From positions 76,766 through 140,765 of the forward strand of contig JAQURC010000001.1 in NCBI GenBank assembly GCA_028715785.1: a stretch of 64,000 bases of DNA. The letters are read 5' to 3'. Positions 35,267-43,676 of this stretch are shown piece after piece. How positions within the stretch are numbered: the first letter of the stretch is position 1; each line of letters begins with the position of its first letter. The DNA comes from Candidatus Omnitrophota bacterium (GTDB lineage Bacteria > Omnitrophota > Gorgyraeia > Gygaellales > Profunditerraquicolaceae). The notes beneath the pieces were generated by a model. That model was not told where the DNA came from. It was given only the letters and a program-made list of their open reading frames with translations, and made no database searches. Made by a program: the position numbers and the translations under genes.

Positions 35267-37270
35267 ATGGAACCTAAAGACAAAGAATTTATCATCAAAG
35301 AACTGCCGTTTTTCTCCGGCCTGGGTAAGGCGGAACTTGCGGTAATTTACGCCAAGAGCCGGATTGTTGAATACCGCAAAGGCCGGATTATTTATGAAGA
35401 AGGTTCGGCTCCGAGCGGTTTTTATTATATTATCTCAGGACGGGTGCAGATTTATGCCAAAGATAAAGACGGCAAACAATCGATCCTGGAGTATCTGCAC
35501 CGCGGTAAATATTTCGGCATTATTTCCCTGCTGACTAACGAAACGCATTCGGTTACCAGTGTTGCGATAAATGATTGTTCGATATTGGTGATCGATAAAG
35601 AAGATTTTGATTCTGTATTAGAAGGCATCCCGCACCTGGCTGTCGACTTAAGCCGCACATTAAGCCGCCGCCTTAAACGCAAAGATGTCCATCAGAAAAA
35701 GATCTTCGAGAGCACGGTTATTTCGGTTTTTAGTTCCTATGCGCAGGCAGGCAAAACCATCTATGCTTTGAATTTGGGATTAAGCCTTAATCGTGAAACC
35801 CATAAATCGGCAATCATTTTAGATATTTTGTCCAAAGAAAAGATCCATACTTTACCGGACAAGCTGGAAATCCAGCAGCCGCCTATTTTTGACCTGTCCT
35901 CCAGCGAAGAAATTTATGCCCTGCCGAAAGACTTCGTCTTAAGAAGCAGCTTTGGCATCGACCTGTTTTGTTTTTATTACGAGGAAAATAACGACGCCTG
36001 CCTTAAGCGGTTAATCGAAATATTAAGTATTTTGGTTAATGATTACCATTATATCCTTTTAGACCTGCCCGCGGCGATGGACCAGTCGATTATCAGCATG
36101 CTTAACCAGTCGGACTTTATCCACATCTTAAGCAGCCCGGACCCGGTGGACTTAAAGCGCACCAATAATCTCGTTAGCCGGCTTAAAACAGATTTTAATT
36201 TTGATCCCCAGAAGATCAAGACCATTGTCAATGAATATAAGTTAGCCAGGATTAATTATAGCGACCAGCTGGAAATCCTGGGGCAGGATATTTTTGCCAC
36301 CATCCCTAAAATAGAATTCAACGCCCCAGCCCGCCTGATTATCGATGAGCCTGATTGCGAATATTCCAAGGCAGTCAGGCGGATTGCCCGGCATTTGGGA
36401 GATTGTCTTGTGGGTTTGGTCCTGGGAGTGGGAGTGGGGTATGGTTTTTGCCATGTCGGAGTATTAAAGGTTATCGAAGAAGAGAAGATCCCGATTGATG
36501 TGATTGCCGGTTCCAGTATCGGCGCCCTTATCGCCAGCCTATGGGCTATCGGCAAGAATAGCCGGGAGATCCTGGAGATTACCCGTGAGTTCAGGGAGCC
36601 CAAGCATATCTGGGGATTAGTCGACATAACTTTTCCGCGGCTGGGTTTTCTCAAAGGCAATAAATTATACCGTTTCCTGAAGAAGCATCTCGGAGATAAG
36701 ACTTTTTATGACGTGAAGCTTCCTTTAAAAGTAATTGCCAGCGATGTGCACCGGAAGGAGCCTAAGATTTTAGACAAAGGCCCTCTGGTTGATGCTATAA
36801 TGGCGAGTTGTTCGATGCCCGGGGTATTTACCCCTTTTAAATTCAGGGAAGAAATACTTTTTGACGGCGGAGTAACCTATCCTTTGCCTACCGAGCCGCT
36901 GATGCAGATGGGGGTAAAAAAGATTATCGCGGTAAACGTTACTCCGTCGCGGGAGGATATTTTAAAACAGTTAAAAAAGCTAAAGGAAGGGGTTTCTTCC
37001 GGCAATGCTGTTGAAAAAAAGCGCCCGGGTTTTTTGGCCAGGTTCAAGCGCCTCTTTAGCCTGAATATCGTGGATATTATTTTTAGCAGTGTCGAGGTGC
37101 TGCAGTCTGAGGTAGCCAGGCGCGAAGGGGAGCTGGCGGATATCGTTTTACATCCGGATACCGCAGGTTTATTCTGGCTGGAATTACATCGGGCCGATGA
37201 ATTCGCCAAACGCGGAGAGGCTGAAGCGCGTAAGCATCTGAATGAAATCCGGCGATTGATAAATGAATAA
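35267..37270 (+). CDS. Cyclic-nucleotide-binding domain + central domain + patatin-like phospholipase (NTE-like)
   Basis: N-terminal CAP/cNMP-binding beta-barrel; central region with a degenerate P-loop-like AQAGKT; patatin motifs GLVLGVGVGYG, GSSIGA (GxSxG) and DGGV. Confidence 0.7.
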   Translation: MEPKDKEFIIKELPFFSGLGKAELAVIYAKSRIVEYRKGRIIYEEGSAPSGFYYIISGRVQIYAKDKDGKQSILEYLHRGKYFGIISLLTNETHSVTSVAINDCSILVIDKEDFDSVLEGIPHLAVDLSRTLSRRLKRKDVHQKKIFESTVISVFSSYAQAGKTIYALNLGLSLNRETHKSAIILDILSKEKIHTLPDKLEIQQPPIFDLSSSEEIYALPKDFVLRSSFGIDLFCFYYEENNDACLKRLIEILSILVNDYHYILLDLPAAMDQSIISMLNQSDFIHILSSPDPVDLKRTNNLVSRLKTDFNFDPQKIKTIVNEYKLARINYSDQLEILGQDIFATIPKIEFNAPARLIIDEPDCEYSKAVRRIARHLGDCLVGLVLGVGVGYGFCHVGVLKVIEEEKIPIDVIAGSSIGALIASLWAIGKNSREILEITREFREPKHIWGLVDITFPRLGFLKGNKLYRFLKKHLGDKTFYDVKLPLKVIASDVHRKEPKILDKGPLVDAIMASCSMPGVFTPFKFREEILFDGGVTYPLPTEPLMQMGVKKIIAVNVTPSREDILKQLKKLKEGVSSGNAVEKKRPGFLARFKRLFSLNIVDIIFSSVEVLQSEVARREGELADIVLHPDTAGLFWLELHRADEFAKRGEAEARKHLNEIRRLINE

Positions 37271-37285
37271 TTTTATGGAGGAATC

Positions 37286-37759
37286 ATGAAAGTTAATCTG
37301 CGGTTTGTTTTGGCTGTTTCGGGCTGCCTGTTATCCACTGTTTTGTCAGGATGCGCAACGATTAAAGAAGCAGGCAAAGGTTTTGCCGGCGTATCCACTC
37401 AAGTCCTGGAAGAGAAACGCAAGGATGCTTTGAAAAAATCTTTTGCCTTAGACCATAATGGCTGCTACGCCAAGGTAAAGGATATCTTGGGCCAGAAAGA
37501 TAAGGAGTCATACATATATGCGGAGGATCCCGGGAAAAAGATGATCGCCATTTATCTTTCTCGGGAAGACACTACTCCCGTAGGAATATTTTTTACCGAG
37601 GAAACAGGGGCCAGTACCTTGATTGAAATATCCAGCCCCAGCATTTATGCTAAAGAGGAAATCGCCAACAGGATATTTACCGGTATTGATATATTCCTAA
37701 AACCTAAAGTTATTGAGGAGAAAAAAACCGATGGTAAAGAAGAAATTATCAATCAATGA
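37286..37759 (+). CDS. Lipoprotein, unknown function
   Basis: Signal peptide with lipobox LSGC; 157 aa. Confidence 0.5.
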   Translation: MKVNLRFVLAVSGCLLSTVLSGCATIKEAGKGFAGVSTQVLEEKRKDALKKSFALDHNGCYAKVKDILGQKDKESYIYAEDPGKKMIAIYLSREDTTPVGIFFTEETGASTLIEISSPSIYAKEEIANRIFTGIDIFLKPKVIEEKKTDGKEEIINQ

Positions 37760-38039
37760 TTTAATTAAGGAATGCCACCGTGTTGCCAAAAGCAAGGGGT
37801 GGTGGGAGGATGAGCGTAATGACGGTGAGTTGATTGCGCTGATGCATTCTGAATTATCCGAGGCGCTGGAGGCAATGCGCGGCCATGGCCAAGAAAATAA
37901 TCTTGCGGAGGAACTGGCGGATTGCTGTATCCGCATATTTGATTATTGCGGCTCGCGGAAGATAGATCTGGAAAAAGCGTTACTAAAGAAAATCGAATAT
38001 AATAAAACCCGTCCTTACCGGCACGGGAAAAAGTTCTAA
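37731..38039 (+). CDS. MazG-like nucleotide pyrophosphohydrolase domain protein
   Basis: ELSEALEAMR...EELADCCI EExxE/D metal-binding pattern of the all-alpha NTP-PPase family. Confidence 0.55.
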   Translation: MVKKKLSINDLIKECHRVAKSKGWWEDERNDGELIALMHSELSEALEAMRGHGQENNLAEELADCCIRIFDYCGSRKIDLEKALLKKIEYNKTRPYRHGKKF

Positions 38040-38051
38040 TCAGGAGGAATA

Positions 38052-38285
38052 ATGCCATACGATAGCAGTTTGGACGCGCAGGTCTTTACGCGTTTTTGGG
38101 AGAATGATTCCGGAAAAGTTGTGGTCAGCGTTTATTCTTATAACAATGGCCCTAAAAAAGTTCAGCTTGTCAGAGAGATAAAAGATAAAAACGGCGAATA
38201 TGCTTTTGCCAAACTTGGCCGGCTGACTAAAGAAGAAGCGCAAGGCGTATTGCCGTTGATCCAGGAAGCGCTTAAAAATATGTAA
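38052..38285 (+). CDS. PC4/YdbC-like ssDNA-binding small protein
   Basis: KVVVSVYSYNNGPKKVQLVREIKDKNGEYAFAKLGRLTKEEAQ matches the bacterial PC4-like fold pattern. Confidence 0.4.
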   Translation: MPYDSSLDAQVFTRFWENDSGKVVVSVYSYNNGPKKVQLVREIKDKNGEYAFAKLGRLTKEEAQGVLPLIQEALKNM

Positions 38286-38290
38286 GGATT

Positions 38291-39850
38291 ATGGGGAAAA
38301 CCAAGAGGGAGAATTGGGGATCACGCCTGGGAATTATTATGGCCGTGGCCGGTTCAGCCATCGGCTTGGGTAATTTCCTGCGTTTCCCGGCAAAAGCCGC
38401 GGCAAACGGCGGGGGAGCTTTCATGATCCCCTATTTTATTTCACTGCTTCTTTTAGGCATTCCTCTGATGTGGATTGAATGGACCCTGGGCCGTTACGGA
38501 GGGGGTTTTGGACACGGCACTGCCCCGGGAATATTCCATAGCATCTGGCAGAAGAACCGTTTCATCAAATATTTCGGAGTAATCGGCATATTCGGCCCGC
38601 TGGTTATTTTTATCTACTATATCTTTATTGAATCCTGGACGCTGGCTTACAGTTCTTTTGCGTTAACAGGCAAATACACCGTTTTGGCGGATCAGCAATC
38701 CCTGCGCCATTTTTTGACCGGTTTTCAGGGCCTGGAAAAAAATCAGTATTTTAACGGCATCGGGACCGCCTACGCCTTCTTTTTAATTACTTTCTTGTTA
38801 AATGTTTGGGTAATTTTTTATGGGATAAAGGGCGGGATAGAAAAACTTTGTAAATGGGCAATGCCGCTTTTATTTGTTTTTGGTTTAGTGCTTATGGCCA
38901 GAGTATTGACATTGGGCACCCCGGATTTAAGCCGGCCGGCTTGGAATGTGTCGGGAGGTTTTGGTTTTTTATGGAATCCGGATTTTTCCGCGCTTAAATC
39001 CGCCAAGGTTTGGCTTGAGGCAGCCGGACAGATATTTTTTACCTTAAGCGTGGGGATAGGCGTGATCCTTACTTACGCCAGCTATTTAAAAAAAGCCGAC
39101 GATGTCGTGCTTTCAGGGACGACAGCTTCGATGACCAATGAATTTGCCGAGGTTATTTTGGGCGGAAGCATCATTATCCCGGCGGCTTTTGTGTTTTTTG
39201 GCCCGGCAGATATTAAATCCATCGCCCAGTCAGGGGTATTTAATTTGGGTTTTGTAACTATGCCCTTGGTTTTGAATAAACTTCCAATGCCTGAGTTATT
39301 TGGATTTTTCTGGTTCTTTTTATTATTTTTAGCCGGGATAACTTCTTCAGTTTCACTGGCCCAGCCGGCAGTGGCATTTCTGGAGGATGAGTTCAATATC
39401 AACCGTAAACGGGCGGTTTCCATATTTAGCATAGTTTCGTTCATATTGTGCCAGCCGGCAATATTCTTCCTGGGCCGGGGAGTAGTGGATGAATTGGATT
39501 TTTGGGGCGGCACATTTTTTCTGGTAGTCTTTGCTGCAATTGAGACCATATTATTTGCCTGGGTATTTGGCATGGATCGCGCCTGGGAGGAAATACATCA
39601 GGGCGCGGATATGGCTATACCTAAGATTTACAAATTTATCATCAAGTATATTACCCCTTTATTTTTATTTATTATATTAGGGGTGTGGTTTGCGCAGCAG
39701 TGGCTGCCGATAATAATCATGCAAAATGTGCCCCAGGCGGATAAGCCGTTTATTTTTTGTACGCGTTTGGGTTTATTGCTTGTATTTATAACTCTGGCAG
39801 TTTTGGTAAAGATTGCCTGGAGAAAAAGAAGGTTAAGGCAGGGGGGATAG
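38291..39850 (+). CDS. Sodium-dependent transporter of the neurotransmitter:sodium symporter (NSS/SNF) family
   Basis: ENWGSRLGIIMAVAGSAIGLGNFLRFP NSS signature; about 12 TM segments. Confidence 0.9.
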   Translation: MGKTKRENWGSRLGIIMAVAGSAIGLGNFLRFPAKAAANGGGAFMIPYFISLLLLGIPLMWIEWTLGRYGGGFGHGTAPGIFHSIWQKNRFIKYFGVIGIFGPLVIFIYYIFIESWTLAYSSFALTGKYTVLADQQSLRHFLTGFQGLEKNQYFNGIGTAYAFFLITFLLNVWVIFYGIKGGIEKLCKWAMPLLFVFGLVLMARVLTLGTPDLSRPAWNVSGGFGFLWNPDFSALKSAKVWLEAAGQIFFTLSVGIGVILTYASYLKKADDVVLSGTTASMTNEFAEVILGGSIIIPAAFVFFGPADIKSIAQSGVFNLGFVTMPLVLNKLPMPELFGFFWFFLLFLAGITSSVSLAQPAVAFLEDEFNINRKRAVSIFSIVSFILCQPAIFFLGRGVVDELDFWGGTFFLVVFAAIETILFAWVFGMDRAWEEIHQGADMAIPKIYKFIIKYITPLFLFIILGVWFAQQWLPIIIMQNVPQADKPFIFCTRLGLLLVFITLAVLVKIAWRKRRLRQGG

Positions 39851-39852
39851 AA

Positions 39853-39960
39853 ATGAAATTTGCAGGATGGGTTTTCCTGATTTTTTCCTGGGGATTAATT
39901 ATCGGGCTAGCCGCTTTCTGTTTTATCAAAGTTTTTTCAAAAAACACCCCGCGCTTATAA
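39853..39960 (+). CDS. MetS-like single-TM microprotein partner of the NSS transporter
   Basis: 35 aa, MKFAGWVFLIFSWGLIIGLAAFCFIKVF. ATG 3 nt after the NSS stop. C-terminus NTPRL* is encoded by the repeat element. Confidence 0.5.
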   Translation: MKFAGWVFLIFSWGLIIGLAAFCFIKVFSKNTPRL

Positions 39961-40014
39961 GGAATTGCGCGCCTGCCTGCCGGCAGGCAGGGGTATGCCC
40001 TTGTGGGCAAGGAG
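39943..40014 (+). repeat. Structured intergenic repeat, copy D
   Basis: AACACCCCGCGCTTATAAGGAATTGCGCG, then CCTGCCTGCCGGCAGGCAGG (a 20-bp perfect palindrome), then GGTATGCCCTTGTGGGCA, then AGGAG. Other copies at 87-142 and 12844-12910; short form at 31695-31713. Confidence 0.7.
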
Positions 40015-40019
40015 CTAAG

Positions 40020-40403
40020 ATGAAAAAATTTTTATCATTAGGTTTGGGGTTAATGCTGCTGGTATCAGTTTACGGGTGCGCGCCTCTGATTATCGGGGCA
40101 GCCGCGGGCGGTTTGGGCGCATACGCGATAAGCAAAGATACTGTGCAGGGGGATACCGATAAGAATTATGAAGCGCTTTGGGAATCAGCTTTAAATGTTT
40201 CCAGGACATACGGATTAATCCAGCAGGAGAATGCCGGAACCGGTTACATTGAATTGGGGGCGCAGTCCACTAAAGTCTGGATAAAATTAGTCCGCCTGAC
40301 CCAGGCGACGACCCGGGTTAAGGTCTCTGCGCGTAAATACCATTTCCCGAATATGGAGCTGGCCCAGGATATTTTTGTCAAGATTATTACAGGCGCAAGA
40401 TAA
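40020..40403 (+). CDS. Lipoprotein, unknown function
   Basis: Signal peptide with lipobox VYGC. The track ORF from 39867 is an over-extension into the repeat element. Confidence 0.5.
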   Translation: MKKFLSLGLGLMLLVSVYGCAPLIIGAAAGGLGAYAISKDTVQGDTDKNYEALWESALNVSRTYGLIQQENAGTGYIELGAQSTKVWIKLVRLTQATTRVKVSARKYHFPNMELAQDIFVKIITGAR

Positions 40404-40478
40404 GAGTTTTTTTGTATTTCCCCCTTTTCTTTTCGGGGAATTTGTGTACAATATAACAAAAGCTTAAAATACTATTTA

Positions 40479-40501
40479 GCCGAGATAGCTCAGTGGTAGA
40501 G
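40479..40501 (+). repeat. 23-nt direct repeat identical to the 5' end of tRNA-Phe (attachment-site scar, attL-like)
   Basis: GCCGAGATAGCTCAGTGGTAGAG is identical to 41784-41806 and then diverges into a non-tRNA sequence. Confidence 0.7.
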
Positions 40502-40854
40502 TGTAGGGTAAATGCTCTAACCTATTGAAATAAATCGACTTAGTTTTTTGAGCGTAGCGAAAAAAGTAGCAAAAAACAGAGATTTTACCAGAAAACTATG
40601 GGAATATAAATGTCAGAAGGTTGATAGAAGCAGATAAAAGTGGGAAAAAAATTAACAAAATTAATAAAAAAATACTTGACAAAATTGTTGACAATATAAT
40701 TTATAATGTTAAGATAAGACATGCTTAATACTATAGCGAGCCCCGGAATTACCCGAGGCTATTATTGTCTATAGGAGGAAGCGCTTTCATTTTTATTCCT
40801 AATTAGTGGTTTTTTAAGTATTAAAGTGATATACTTAAAGTGAGGTAAAACAAA

Positions 40855-41037
40855 ATGGCAAGACCAATTCAACCTACCCCAATTTTAAAAGGTAATGACG
40901 CAAAAGTATTTCTAGAAGACTTAGATAATACTAAACCGTCTCCCGCTGTTTATCAGTATTTGGAGAAGTGTCAGCGTCTTTACGAACATTTTCAAACCCT
41001 GATAGTAGCCCATCATCATGGACGTGGATCCGTCTAA
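40855..41037 (+). CDS. Short DUF1778/TacA-like antitoxin (C-terminal toxin-neutralising part)
   Basis: ...DAKVFLEDLDNTKPSPAVYQYL resembles the TacA/DUF1778 C-terminus. Overlaps the toxin gene by 20 nt. Confidence 0.4.
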   Translation: MARPIQPTPILKGNDAKVFLEDLDNTKPSPAVYQYLEKCQRLYEHFQTLIVAHHHGRGSV

Positions 41038-41557
41038 ATTAGAACCCCGGTTATTAACGTTAGAAGCTCGATTAGAAGATTTTGATTGTGGTGATGTCGA
41101 CTTAAATGAATTTCTTTTACGAGATGCTTTAACCTACCAAGATCAATATTTAGCAAAAACAACCCTATTATATTTCGGTTCTAAGCTAGTTGGCTATTAT
41201 ACACTATCTTGTGATGCCATCAGACTTGATGTTAGTGAAAAGAATTTTTTTCATAGAAGAAAACAAATTAAAAGTTATCCTGCTATAAAAATTGCAAGAA
41301 TAGCTTTCATAAAGGATTGCCAGAATAAAGGATGTGGAAGCCTAATATTAGAAGTCGTAAAGGGGTTTGTTCATAAGATTAATAAGGAAGGAGCCGGCTG
41401 TAGATTTATAACTGTTGATGCTTATTCTGAGAGGAAAGAATTCTATCTGAAACGTGGATTTAAGTATAATATCCATAAAGATTATAAAGAGAATGCGCAT
41501 CCAAGTTTAAGGTTTGATGTTTGGACTTGGCTTCATAAATCTACAGGTAGTGAATAA
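41018..41557 (+). CDS. GNAT-family acetyltransferase toxin (TacT/AtaT/KacT-like)
   Basis: 179 aa with a GNAT fold; the GCGSLILEVV / RFITVDAY acetyl-CoA-binding region is typical of tRNA-acetylating TA toxins. Sits on an AT-rich islet. Confidence 0.55.
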   Translation: MDVDPSKLEPRLLTLEARLEDFDCGDVDLNEFLLRDALTYQDQYLAKTTLLYFGSKLVGYYTLSCDAIRLDVSEKNFFHRRKQIKSYPAIKIARIAFIKDCQNKGCGSLILEVVKGFVHKINKEGAGCRFITVDAYSERKEFYLKRGFKYNIHKDYKENAHPSLRFDVWTWLHKSTGSE

Positions 41558-41783
41558 TTATTTATCTTGCAGAATAGATTATATGTGATATAATTCCTTC
41601 CGTTGTTACCTTAAACTAATTTTTATTTATTAGTAAATTTGAGTAAATCATAGTAGGGAGCGCTCTCTTAGAGCGCGTATATTTTCTGTCTTTTTACTGT
41701 AGCTAAATAGTAGCTATTAATTTGGAAAAAGCCAGAAAAGAGCTAAAAAAATTATTGTAACTCATTGGTATTAAAAGACTTTC

Positions 41784-41855
41784 GCCGAGATAGCTCAGTG
41801 GTAGAGCGCGGCCCTGAAAAGGCCGGCGTGGGGGGTCCGATTCCCTCTCTCGGCA
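41784..41855 (+). tRNA. tRNA-Phe (GAA)
   Basis: Cloverleaf: acceptor GCCGAGA/TCTCGGC, anticodon loop CTGAAAA, T-loop TCCGATT; no encoded CCA. Confidence 0.85.
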
Positions 41856-41865
41856 TAAAAAAATG

Positions 41866-41900
41866 AAAAAGCCAATTCTATTTTTTAGAATTGGCTTTTT
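41866..41900. terminator. Bidirectional rho-independent terminator between tRNA-Phe and the convergent csp
   Basis: GCCAATTCTA-TTTTTT-TAGAATTGGC, a 10-bp perfect stem flanked by A- and T-runs. Confidence 0.8.
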
Positions 41901-41911
41901 CTGCGTGAAAC

Positions 41912-42112
41912 TTATATCTTTTTTACGTTGGTTGCCTGGTCGCCTTTGGGCCCTTGAGTAACCTCAAATTCAACTTCATCGCCTTCTGCCAAAGATTTAT
42001 ATCCATCTCCAACGATAGCGCTGAAATGGATGAATACATCCTTGCCGTCTTCAGAAGTAACAAAGCCGTAACCTTTCTGGTTGCTGAACCACTTTACCTT
42101 GCCTTTTGCCAT
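41912..42112 (-). CDS. Cold shock protein (CspA family), second copy
   Basis: [18 protein letters not shown]...; GGAGGAGG RBS on the minus strand. Confidence 0.95.
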   Translation of the reverse strand: MAKGKVKWFSNQKGYGFVTSEDGKDVFIHFSAIVGDGYKSLAEGDEVEFEVTQGPKGDQATNVKKI

Positions 42113-42334
42113 TTCTGTTTCTCACCTCCTCCGAGAGTAAAAAAAATCCGCAAAGCAGGATTGACTTTTTGTTCTGCCTTACGGTTTGTCGATAAAACTG
42201 ATCAATTTCTTTGTTTCTCCTCTTAAAATTAGCCTGGTTTTAATTTACCATGATTTAACGGCTTGTCAATCATTTTTTGGCCCTAAGTGAGTGGTTGACT
42301 ATTAGTTAGGAATTGATATAATATTGGGCAAATT

Positions 42335-42407
42335 GCCGATGTAGCTCAGTTGGTAGAGCAGGACTTTCGTAAAGTCAAGGTCGGTGGTTCGATTCCACTC
42401 ATCGGCT
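42335..42407 (+). tRNA. tRNA-Thr (CGT)
   Basis: GCCGATGTAGCTCAGTTGGTAGAGC... anticodon loop TTCGTAA; very similar to E. coli tRNA-Thr(CGU); T-loop TTCGATT. Confidence 0.8.
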
Positions 42408-42422
42408 TAAATTTTATAACGT

Positions 42423-43676
42423 ATGGCCAGGTTCCGCGAAGTTTTAAAAAATCGTAACTTTTTTTTATTATGGCTTGGGCAAATTATCTCCCAGATGGGG
42501 GACAGGCTGGGGCAAATGGCTTTGATCGGGTTTGTTTACCTGCGATCGCCGGGCTCAACACTGCAGATTGCCAAAATCCTGTCTTTTACCATCATCCCGG
42601 TATTTCTTATCGGGCCTTTAGCCGGAGTTTATGTGGATCGTTGGGACAGGCGCAAGACAATGTATATCTGCGACTTCCTGCGCAGCCTGTTGGTTTTAGC
42701 CATCCCCTTGTTCCTATTTTACGCTAAGAATTTAACCTTGATTTACCTGCTTATTTTTATTGCTTTTTCTATCGGCAGATTTTTTGTACCGGCGAAACTC
42801 TCCATTATTCCGGATTTAGTGGATAATAAGGACCTGCTGGTCGCTAACACCCTGATTAACACTTCCGGGATGATCGCGGCGGTCTTGGGGTTTGGAATAA
42901 GCGGGGTGCTGGTAGAGAAACTTGGGGCCAAGAGCGGTTTTTATCTGAACTCCCTGACTTTTCTGGTTTCGGCGGCATTTATTTTTCTGATCTCCAAGAA
43001 ATTTACCGCGGCGCCAAGCTTTGAGGAGGTAGGCAAAGAGATCGTTGAGGTAATCAGGAAATCCGTTTTTCAGGAGATTAAAGAGGGCATTCTTTATTTT
43101 ATCCATACCAAGGATATCCGTTTTACCGCCGCGATTATCTTTGCGCTTTGGTCGGCATTAGGCTCGGTTTATGTAGTGATTATTGTTTTTGTGCAAAAGA
43201 CATTGCATTCGGCAACCAAGGACCTGGGGCTCTTGGTGATGTTTCTGGGGATCGGTTTGTTCCTGGGTTCTTTGGTTTATGGGAAATTCGGGCAGCGCAT
43301 CTCGCATTACAAAATCATTTTTGTTTCCCTGGTCCTCAGTGGTATAATGTTGACCATCTTTGCCCTGGGGATACATTATTTTCCTGTTTTTCTCCTGGCC
43401 GCGCTCCTGGCTTTGTGCTTAGGGTTGATTGTTTCCCCGATCATGATCGCCGCCAATACCATTATCCATAATGTCAGCGACAATGAAATGCTGGGCAAAA
43501 TTTTCAGTTCCCTTGAGATAGTTATGCACCTGGGGTTTATTTTATTTATGTTTATCAGCAGTATCCTTGCCGAAAAGTTTTCGCCTTTATTGATCCTGGT
43601 TAGCGTCGGTTCCCTGTTAAGTTTACTGGGCTTAGTAAGCCTGTTTCTTAATCGAAAGGTAGCATGGTTAGATTAG
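42423..43676 (+). CDS. MFS transporter
   Basis: 12 TM segments; GDRLGQMALIGFVYL-type N-terminal MFS motif. Confidence 0.75.
   Translation: MARFREVLKNRNFFLLWLGQIISQMGDRLGQMALIGFVYLRSPGSTLQIAKILSFTIIPVFLIGPLAGVYVDRWDRRKTMYICDFLRSLLVLAIPLFLFYAKNLTLIYLLIFIAFSIGRFFVPAKLSIIPDLVDNKDLLVANTLINTSGMIAAVLGFGISGVLVEKLGAKSGFYLNSLTFLVSAAFIFLISKKFTAAPSFEEVGKEIVEVIRKSVFQEIKEGILYFIHTKDIRFTAAIIFALWSALGSVYVVIIVFVQKTLHSATKDLGLLVMFLGIGLFLGSLVYGKFGQRISHYKIIFVSLVLSGIMLTIFALGIHYFPVFLLAALLALCLGLIVSPIMIAANTIIHNVSDNEMLGKIFSSLEIVMHLGFILFMFISSILAEKFSPLLILVSVGSLLSLLGLVSLFLNRKVAWLD

Noticed and set aside
39867-40403. 178-aa ORF version of the lipoprotein gene
   Set aside because: The upstream 50 codons translate the palindromic repeat element (PACRQAGVCPCGQGA...). 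The true start is the ATG at 40020, after the element's RBS, giving a canonical signal peptide.
40489-40560. Possible second tRNA upstream of the TA islet
   Set aside because: Only the first 23 nt match tRNA-Phe. The remainder cannot form anticodon or T arms, so it is interpreted as a direct-repeat scar rather than a tRNA gene.
41954-42226. Plus-strand 90-aa ORF antisense to the second csp gene
   Set aside because: Overlaps a highly conserved csp coding sequence on the opposite strand; spurious.
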